Positions 57,144-64,000 of a DNA stretch of 64,000 nt are shown one piece after another. Under the pieces are notes generated by a model that ran no database searches, was not told the DNA's origin, and saw only the letters and a list, made by a program, of their open reading frames with translations. Source of the DNA: Hyaloraphidium curvatum SAG 235-1 (lineage: Eukaryota; Fungi; Monoblepharomycota); the NCBI GenBank assembly GCA_025558095.1, contig JAIVFI010000037.1:124001-188000 (forward strand). Reading direction: 5' to 3'. Position numbers and translations under genes: made by a program. How positions within the stretch are numbered: position 1 is the first letter of the stretch; every line of letters begins with the position of its first letter.

Positions 57144-57890
57144 ATGGTCGACGCCGAAACGCCCTCCTCCGACATGCAACAGGCCCCGCAGGACGAAGAT
57201 GGTGACCTCCTAGCGCGCACGAAATGCCCGGACGTCCAGTGACACCCGCTGCCGCCGCAGACTTGGCTCCTATGCACGTAGCACGGCGGGCGCCGCACGA
57301 GAACCCGACATGCGACCCAAGACGACGACGTGATCAACATCGTGATAGAGATCTGATCAACATCGACATCAGCAACCTGCGGTACACCTCCCCGCCGTTC
57401 CTGGCCACCGACGTCGCGTGCAACGGCAAGATCACGTTCAACATCGTCCTGTGCTCGCCCGCCGGAATGCACACCGACTACGCCGGCGGTGAGTTCGTTT
57501 GAGCCGTCGCTCCGCCCACATTCGGCTGACCATGCGCGCGCTCCGGCCAGGGACAGACATCGGTGCCAACTGCAACGTCCTCAACATCAACATCAGCGAC
57601 CTGATTTACAGCTACGTCCTTGTCGCTTGTCACGCCCGAGGGCGGCATGCACCTGCGGGGCGTTCCCGACCGGCTCCGTCGCGCGCTGCCTGGACGTGGC
57701 GGGCGACATCGAGTTCAACATTCGGATGGAAAAAGGGGGGCCGCCCGAGGGCGGGTGGGGGAATGCTGTGGGGTTGCGGGCGGGGCGGGAGGGTTCGGTG
57801 CCGTCGGAGAACTCGGATGGCTGGGAATCATCCGGGAGTTCGTCGAATGACGGATCCGAGGGAAACGATGAACCGCTCGTGGGACCGTAG
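57144..57890 (+). pseudogene. Degenerate hypothetical gene with an internal repeat
   Basis: INIDISNLRY..GKITFNIVL and LNINISDLIY..GDIEFNIRM lie in different frames; one intron-like segment; no continuous ORF. Confidence 0.3.
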
Positions 57891-58592
57891 ATTGCAAGGG
57901 TGGTTGCGATCCAGCAGAGCTTCATGTTCGCTTGACACTACAGTTGTGAGAAGTTGAGAAGCCAACACGATGTGCTTGTTTCACCTCCAGCATTCAACCC
58001 CCGACCGCCCGCGCCGCCATGCCCGTGAACGCGCCTGTCCCCGACAGGAGGACGCTTCTGTACCGTGCCTTGGTCTCCGGGAACCGCGAGCCCCTGACGG
58101 AGGAACGAGGCGCTTCACACTCCGCATCGCGTCCCCCCCCGCATCCCCCGCGCCGGCGCCCGCGCCCGCCCCCGGACGCAGCGGAGCCTCGGAGCAGTGA
58201 GAAGAGGGGTTTGTGACCGAAGACGCGCGAGGTGTGCTCTTGTTCGGGGTTTCCGGGCGGGTCCTTTGTCTGATCGGTTCGAACGACCCTCCGCTTGCCA
58301 CGGGAGATGCTTTGACAAAGGTCCTGAGGCCCAAACACCCTTTCGCAGGCTCGCCTTCCTGACGTACTGCTGGACTCGTAGACTCATCTCGACTTTGGTT
58401 CTGGAGCTTGACAGCGACGTGACTTAGCGCTCGCGACGGCTCCCTACTCGGTCCACGTCGGTTGCTCAATTCGCGAGAAATGTAGACAAGGTGGATAGTC
58501 ATGATCTGATTGATGAGCTGATACTGGGACTAAGTGATGCGCTCGTGCCTACGTGACCTCAGTCGCTGGCCGGCCCCTCCGCGGTCTCCACA

Positions 58593-59873
58593 TCATGCCC
58601 TTCCCCCCCCCAGCCCTCCTCCCCTGTTGCACCCTCCCCTCGCATGCCGCGCCTTCAGCTTCCCCACCACAGTCTCCACGACCCTCCTCACCTCCCCCTC
58701 CGTGATCCCAGAGAACAGCGGCACCCCGAACGCCCGGTCGGCCAGTTCCTCCGCCCTCGGCACCCCCTCTTCGGCCCCGCGCAGGCCGGCATAGGGCGCC
58801 ATCCGGTGCAGCGGGTAAAAGCCCGGCCGCGTCTCGACGCCCTCCGCCAACAGCTCCTTCAAAAAGGAGTCCCGCGCGTCGGGCGTCCAGGGGCCGCGGA
58901 GCTGCAGCACGTAAACCCAGTGCGAGGGCGTGCACCCCGGCCTGCGCGCGGCGGGGACGAGGAGGTCGCCGTGCGGGGCGAACAGCGCGTCGTACAGCTC
59001 CGCCGCGGCCGCCCGGCTCGCCAGGAAGGAGTCCAGCCGTTCGAGCTGCGCGCAGCCGACGGCCGCCGGGAGGTTCGAGAGGCGATAGTTGAACCCGGGT
59101 TCGTCGTGCCAGTACCGCTTTCCCGGGCGCATGCCGTGGTCCCGCAGCATCCTCGCGCGGGCGAGCACGGGGGCGGAGCGGAGCAGCACCGCGCCGCCCT
59201 CGCCGGTGGTCGCCGTCTTGTTGGCAAAGAAGGAGAAAACGGAGGCGTCGACGTCCGACAGGCCGCCGATCGTTTCGGGCCCGTAGGAGGCTCCCAGGGA
59301 TTCGGCGGCGTCGGCGACGAGCAGCAGGTTCCGGCGGGCCGCGAGGGCGCGGAGCGCGTCCCAGTCCGCCGGCACGCCGTACAGGTCCACGGCAATCAGC
59401 GCCCGAGTCGCCGGGGAGCATTTGCTCTCCGCGTCCTGCGGGTCCATCCCGCCGTATTCGTCGACGTCCACCAGCACCGGCGCCGCGCCGGCCAGCAGCA
59501 CCGCGTTGGCCGTCGCCGCGAAAGTGTACCCCGGCACCAGCACCTCGTCGCTCTTCCCCACGCCGAGCGCCGCCAGGGCCAAATGGAGCCCGGCGGTGCC
59601 GCTGGACACGGCCAGTGCGGGGACGCCGCACAGCGCCTCGAGCGCCGCCTCGAAACGGGTCACGTACGCCCCTTGGGAAGACACCCAGCCGCTTTGGACG
59701 CAGTCGAGCACGTACGCGGCCTCGTTCCCGCTCAGGTCGGGCCGCGCAACGGGGATGAAGGGCGGCGAGGGGGTTGTTTGGGAGTCATCCCCGCCGGCGT
59801 GCCCGTTGGGGCCTCGGACCTTTCCTGGGGCATCGGCCCGGACAGAATGCTCGGCGGAGCCTCCGTCGACCAT
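58593..59873 (-). CDS. DegT/DnrJ/EryC1/StrS PLP aminotransferase, GDP-perosamine synthase-like, intronless
   Basis: IPVARPDLSGNE, SGWVSSQGAYVTRFE, VSSGTAGLHLAL, TFAATANA, DAAESLGA, FSFFANKTATTGEGG (PLP Lys), GFNYRLSN, GVETRPGFYPLH. Confidence 0.93.
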   Translation of the reverse strand: MVDGGSAEHSVRADAPGKVRGPNGHAGGDDSQTTPSPPFIPVARPDLSGNEAAYVLDCVQSGWVSSQGAYVTRFEAALEALCGVPALAVSSGTAGLHLALAALGVGKSDEVLVPGYTFAATANAVLLAGAAPVLVDVDEYGGMDPQDAESKCSPATRALIAVDLYGVPADWDALRALAARRNLLLVADAAESLGASYGPETIGGLSDVDASVFSFFANKTATTGEGGAVLLRSAPVLARARMLRDHGMRPGKRYWHDEPGFNYRLSNLPAAVGCAQLERLDSFLASRAAAAELYDALFAPHGDLLVPAARRPGCTPSHWVYVLQLRGPWTPDARDSFLKELLAEGVETRPGFYPLHRMAPYAGLRGAEEGVPRAEELADRAFGVPLFSGITEGEVRRVVETVVGKLKARHARGGCNRGGGLGGGRA

Positions 59874-59974
59874 CGGCGAGGGGGAAAGAATGGGCTGCTC
59901 AGCAATGGAGCAATAAAACCCTTGGCGAAATCCCGCCGTTTCTCGCCGCCGTCGCGAATCCTGTCGATCGCGGC

Positions 59975-61591
59975 ATGCCCTGGCCGCGCTGGCCGCGTCT
60001 CCTCGCGGCTCTGACTTTGGCGGTGCTTGCGCTGCCGCTGACTCCGCTGCCGTGGCGGTTGGGGGTGCGGGACCCGCCGGCGGTGGAGCTCCCTGCCGGG
60101 TACGCGCTCCGCGACGCCGGCGAGGCGGAACTGGGGAAGGCATTCCTGCGGCGCGCCCCGGCCCGGCTGCGCGTCGACGAGACCACGTGCGAGGGGTTCG
60201 ACCTGATCGACCAGGCCGCAAGGGCAGCGAAGGACGGCGCGGGCGGGGTCGCGCGGTCCCGCCGGCGCCGCGCCGCCGTGGCCGTGGCCGACTACCACGG
60301 CGCCACACACAACGTCGGCATGTTCCGCGAGATGCACGAAATCGTCGTCCGCGCCGCTGAGGACCTCCCGATCGGGGAGGCGCCCGCCGCGGGGCCGTTC
60401 TTGACGGGCACCAGGCTCGGCAGGCGGCCGCTGCACGAGCCGGTGTACCTCACGTGCCCGCCGCGGGCAGCACGCCGCGAGGTGTTCGGCGCCTTTTCCG
60501 CCGCGAAGTTCGTGCGCCGCGCCGACGTGCTCTTCTTCTCCGTGCCGGCGGCGTTGGTGCAGCACTTCATGGCGCTCAACCGTTCCATGGTCCTGTGGTC
60601 CGTCACGCCCCCCGACCACGGCCGCCAGAACGTCGCCAGCTTCCGGCGCTTCCGCTCCGACTTGCGCCGCGCCGCCGCGTCGCCCCGCGTGACGATCGTG
60701 GCCGGCAACGCGTACAACGCGCGCTACCTCGAGCACTACTACGGCGTGCGCCCCGCGGCGGTCATCAGCCTGTACGGCTCGTACCGCTCCGCGCCGCCTT
60801 CCCTCCGCCCGGCAGGCAAGCCTAAGCTGGGTCTGTTCCCCAAGTGGAGCTGGACCCGGTTCCCATGGGCCGCGCCAATCGCCGCGTCCCTTGCCAACCA
60901 CTCGAGCCTCGCCGTCCGCTTCGACGTCGAGGTCGCGGACCCCGTGCGCATCGGCTCCTACGCGGCCCTGGTGCACCTGCCCTACACGCACAACACCAAT
61001 CTGCTCCAAGAAGCCTGGGCCGCGGGGGTGCCGATCTTTGCTCCGACCCTCGACATGCTGGTCGCGCTGGACCAGGAACGCTGCCTGATGAGCAACCGGA
61101 TATACTGGGCGCACGTGCCCGAGCCGTGCCGCCCGCGGTTCCCCTACGGCGCCGCCGAGACGCAGTACCACCTCTGGCCTTCCGTGAAGGACCCCCCGGC
61201 GCACCGGTACTGGCTCGCCCCGTCGTCCTTCTACGACGCCGCCGACCTGCCGCACGTATCGCACTACCCTTCGTTTGACGCGCTGCCGGGGATGCTGCTG
61301 GATGCGGACCTGGCCGGCATCGCCGCGGCGATGCGTGCCGCCGCGCCGGCGCGGGAGCGCCGGATCCGCGAGGCGTGGAGGCGGGTTTTCGCCCGCGCGC
61401 TGCGGCACGTTCCCGACGCGCCGGAGCCGCCGGCGGTCCCCGGCAGCCTGGAGGAGGGCATGCGTGCGCTGTGGGGGGACGACATGTCGGGGCCGGGTTA
61501 CGAGGCGGAGGAGAAGGTGCCCTGCGACAGGTTCGCGAGGGGGGTGCCGGAAAGGGGCACGTGCGACGAGTGGCTGCCGTTCCCGTTCTAA
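59975..61591 (+). CDS. Type II membrane protein, putative glycosyltransferase (GT-B-like), intronless
   Basis: N-terminal anchor; ADYH, GNAYNARYLEHYYG, YAALVHLPY..LLQEAWAAGVPIFAPT (E..A.GVP nucleotide-sugar binding pattern), YWLAPSSFY..LPH. Confidence 0.6.
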   Translation: MPWPRWPRLLAALTLAVLALPLTPLPWRLGVRDPPAVELPAGYALRDAGEAELGKAFLRRAPARLRVDETTCEGFDLIDQAARAAKDGAGGVARSRRRRAAVAVADYHGATHNVGMFREMHEIVVRAAEDLPIGEAPAAGPFLTGTRLGRRPLHEPVYLTCPPRAARREVFGAFSAAKFVRRADVLFFSVPAALVQHFMALNRSMVLWSVTPPDHGRQNVASFRRFRSDLRRAAASPRVTIVAGNAYNARYLEHYYGVRPAAVISLYGSYRSAPPSLRPAGKPKLGLFPKWSWTRFPWAAPIAASLANHSSLAVRFDVEVADPVRIGSYAALVHLPYTHNTNLLQEAWAAGVPIFAPTLDMLVALDQERCLMSNRIYWAHVPEPCRPRFPYGAAETQYHLWPSVKDPPAHRYWLAPSSFYDAADLPHVSHYPSFDALPGMLLDADLAGIAAAMRAAAPARERRIREAWRRVFARALRHVPDAPEPPAVPGSLEEGMRALWGDDMSGPGYEAEEKVPCDRFARGVPERGTCDEWLPFPF

Positions 61592-61699
61592 TCCACGCTG
61601 CACATGATCGGATGGCGTGATCGGATGCGTCCGGTGCCGGTTCCCGTTCGGGATTCAAGGGGACGTGGGGGTGAGGCGAGGCGGGACGGCCGGCGCAAA

Positions 61700-62965
61700 A
61701 TGCTGCGCGTCGTGCCCCGCCTGCACGGGCCGGCGGCGCTGGGTGCCGCGGCACTGTTCACCGCTGCTCTTGTCCTCTTCTACGCGTGGCGGACGGGGAT
61801 TCTGGGGCCGGAGACGGGGCGGGCGGCGGCGCCGGACGACGCGGACGGCGACCTCCTCCGAACCACGTCCGGCGAGCGCGTCCGCGAGCTGTTTGCGCGG
61901 TACGACGCGGCGGCGGGCTTCCCGCGCATCGACCTCGTCGTGCCTCTGGACCCCGGAGCGCTGCCGCTGCTGCACCCGCTGGCCGCCTCGGCGGACCTCT
62001 TCTGGCCGCACAAGGCGGGCAGGAAGATCCTGCTGGTCGACGGTAACGCACCCCCGCTGGGCCCGCTCACGCCTCCCGGCTGGGACGTCGAGGAGGTGCG
62101 ATACCCGCCCGGCCTGGACGGCGTGGGCGGCTGGCTGCGCTCGCAGTGGGTTGCCGCCAACGCCGACGTCCTCTCGCGCTCCGGGGCCGAGTTCCTCGCC
62201 TTTCTGGACGCCGACTCGCCGCTCGCCCTCAAGGTCACCCCCGATCTGCTGTTCGACGCCGCGGGACGCGTGCGGGTGATTGGCAACTACGCGTGGCAGC
62301 AGCGCCTCTGGGCCCCGTCGTTCAGGTTCTACCTCAACGACAGCGCGGGCACCATGGCGCCCTACATCAACTCGATGGTCTTCCTCCCGCAGGTGTTTCC
62401 CCGGGCGATGCTCCCCGCCGCGCGGGAGTTCTACTCCTCCCTGCACGCCGGCCGCCCGGACGTCGCCGAGCTGATGAAGCGGTGGAGCGCGACCACCAGG
62501 GACCCGCACATGTCCTTCTTTGCCCTCTTTGCCCACTTTGCGCTCGCATCCCCGCGGTGGAAGGACCGCTTCTTTTTGGTGGACGAGAACCGCGACGCCC
62601 CCGTGCTCCGCTCCGCCGCGCACCTCCCGTACCAATCCTGCTACCTGCGCAGGCTGGCACCGGGGTTCGCCAGCGCGGTGATAATCGCCGGCGTGAGGCA
62701 CAAGCGGTACGACTACGCGGCGTACTACGCCGCCGCGAGGGAACTCCTCCTCTCGGGGGCGTGCGCTTCCGTCCCCGCGGGCAGCGTCCCCGCGTGCGCG
62801 CGGGTGGAAGCGCCGGATGTCGAGGATGCGAGGAACTTCTGGTGGGAGTATTCGGCCGAGAACTGGTGGCCCAATGCGACGGCCGCGGGAGGGGGGTTCA
62901 GGGGGGCGTGGGACGCGCATTTCGCGCCTCTGCACGCCAAACTGAGGGAGCTGATGGGGCCATAG
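61700..62965 (+). CDS. Type II membrane protein, putative GT-A glycosyltransferase, intronless
   Basis: N-terminal TM and stem; IDLVVP, S..LFWP, GWLRSQW..AD, FLAFLDADS (DxD motif), TPDLLFD..GR. Confidence 0.65.
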   Translation: MLRVVPRLHGPAALGAAALFTAALVLFYAWRTGILGPETGRAAAPDDADGDLLRTTSGERVRELFARYDAAAGFPRIDLVVPLDPGALPLLHPLAASADLFWPHKAGRKILLVDGNAPPLGPLTPPGWDVEEVRYPPGLDGVGGWLRSQWVAANADVLSRSGAEFLAFLDADSPLALKVTPDLLFDAAGRVRVIGNYAWQQRLWAPSFRFYLNDSAGTMAPYINSMVFLPQVFPRAMLPAAREFYSSLHAGRPDVAELMKRWSATTRDPHMSFFALFAHFALASPRWKDRFFLVDENRDAPVLRSAAHLPYQSCYLRRLAPGFASAVIIAGVRHKRYDYAAYYAAARELLLSGACASVPAGSVPACARVEAPDVEDARNFWWEYSAENWWPNATAAGGGFRGAWDAHFAPLHAKLRELMGP

Positions 62966-63089
62966 GGGGGAGAAGCGGGGGAGCAGACGCCGGTGCCGGT
63001 GCGTGTTGGACTGGCAACACATCGGCTGCCCACGGTCCGTAGCCCCAGCATCCCGCAGCACGCCATCCTCCCGCCCCAATGTCCCCGCC

Positions 63090-63608
63090 CTACGCGCCCG
63101 CAACCTCCCTCTCCATGATCCACAGCGTCTCCCTCCCCTCCGCATCCGCGAACCCCTCGGAAAGGTAGAGCGCCCTCGCGCCCGCGTTGGCCCTGTCCAC
63201 CGAGAGCCGCACCCGCGGCACCCCGTTCTCCCGTGCCTCGGCGAGCAGCCTCCGCACGACGGCGCGTCCGATCCCGGCGCGGTGGCACAAGGGGGACACG
63301 GCGACGCCGAGCCAGACGTGCCCGCCGTCGGGGTCCAGGTGGCCGTACCCGACGCACTCGGGGGGCCCTTCCGCGTCCCGCAGCGCAAGCACGGTAACCA
63401 GCTGCCCGGCCAGCGCGGTGTCAAACTCGCGGCGGGCAAAGTACCGGAACGCGGGGAGCGCGGCGGCGTTCGAGGGCGGGGAGAAGAGGAACGCGCGGAG
63501 GGCGGCGAGCAGCGCGGCGCGGGCGGGGTCGGGGGCCGGCGGGAGCAGCGCGAGGCGGATGCCGGGTGGCGCGGAGGGATCCGGCGGTGGCGCGTTTGGG
63601 GATGCCAT
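63090..63608 (-). CDS. GNAT N-acetyltransferase, intronless, bacterial-like
   Basis: FRYFARR, VGYGHLD, WLGVAV..HRAGIGR (motif A), LSVDRANAGARALY..GF (motif B). Confidence 0.9.
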   Translation of the reverse strand: MASPNAPPPDPSAPPGIRLALLPPAPDPARAALLAALRAFLFSPPSNAAALPAFRYFARREFDTALAGQLVTVLALRDAEGPPECVGYGHLDPDGGHVWLGVAVSPLCHRAGIGRAVVRRLLAEARENGVPRVRLSVDRANAGARALYLSEGFADAEGRETLWIMEREVAGA

Positions 63609-63700
63609 GAGGCGTGGCAGAGCCGGACGGCCGAAGGACGCAGCGGACAATTGGCCAAGGGATTCGCTGGCGCCCCATTGTGCTCCCCCCACGATCGAAC

Positions 63701-63780
63701 GGGATCACGGAAGGGGAGGTGCGCACGGTCGTGGATACGGTGGTGGGCGGCTGTCGAATTGGCATGCGAGGGGACGGGGC
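63701..63780 (+). repeat. Inverted degenerate copy of the aminotransferase 3' end (58630..58709)
   Basis: Encodes GITEGEVRTVVDTVVG versus GITEGEVRRVVETVVG in the gene; the following ggcatgcgagggga is also shared. Confidence 0.8.
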
Positions 63781-63837
63781 GGTGGAGCCGGCGCGGATGT
63801 TGAACGCAATTGAATCGTAGCCGGCAAGGCGATCGAT

Positions 63838-64000
63838 CTATTTCGAACCCCGGCCCGAGACCCTGATGCTCTTTGTCCTGCTGTAGCTGGACGTCGGGCG
63901 GCTGCCCGCATCGATCGGGGTGCCCGCAGCGCCGTCGTCCGCGTCGTCGTTAGCGGCGGGGCCCCGGATCCGATCCAGCTCCTGCACGATGTCCTCGAAG
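63838..64000 (-). CDS. 3' end of a gene, probably a TKL/protein kinase C-terminus (partial)
   Basis: FEDIVQELDRI resembles the helix after kinase subdomain XI (RPxF..I...L); stop codon at 63840-63838. Confidence 0.5.
   Translation of the reverse strand, partial: FEDIVQELDRIRGPAANDDADDGAAGTPIDAGSRPTSSYSRTKSIRVSGRGSK

Noticed and set aside
58593-63608. Bacterial contaminant contig
   Set aside because: Genes are in mixed orientation, the GTs have eukaryote-style type II anchors, and composition matches the flanking intron-containing genes; long-read confirmation is still advisable.
58630-63780. Terminal inverted repeats of a DNA transposon carrying the cluster
   Set aside because: The repeat is the aminotransferase coding sequence itself; no transposase or target-site duplication was seen.

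Overview
GC-rich, gene-dense eukaryotic DNA. Introns are short (mostly about 45-65 nt) and spliceosomal, with GT donors (often GTGGGT/GTGCGT/GTGAGT), CTGAC/CTAAC branch sites and YAG acceptors. The gene content (SWEET transporter, TM-SH3 receptor, Leu4-type IPMS, MYND and F-box families) suggests an early-diverging, chytrid-grade fungus; this is inference, not a determined identity. About 30 genes or pseudogenes were reconstructed by hand. No rRNA, tRNA, CRISPR or transposase was seen. Highlights: (1) a head-to-head pair of Cys-less pentameric ligand-gated ion channel subunits, each with an extra fifth TM helix and a cytoplasmic tail; (2) an intronless four-gene cluster (DegT/perosamine-synthase-like aminotransferase, two type II glycosyltransferase-like proteins, GNAT) bracketed by an inverted relic of the aminotransferase; (3) two paralogous 7-TM proteins with gustatory-receptor/7TMIC-like topology; (4) several unusual architectures (micro-exon-encoded 11-mer repeats plus C2; Tudor-knot-CS-RING; L-lectin-EGF-TM-SH3; LCAT with a very large insert); (5) many bacterial-like genes and several decaying paralogs. 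All family calls come from motif recognition by eye; no searches were run.
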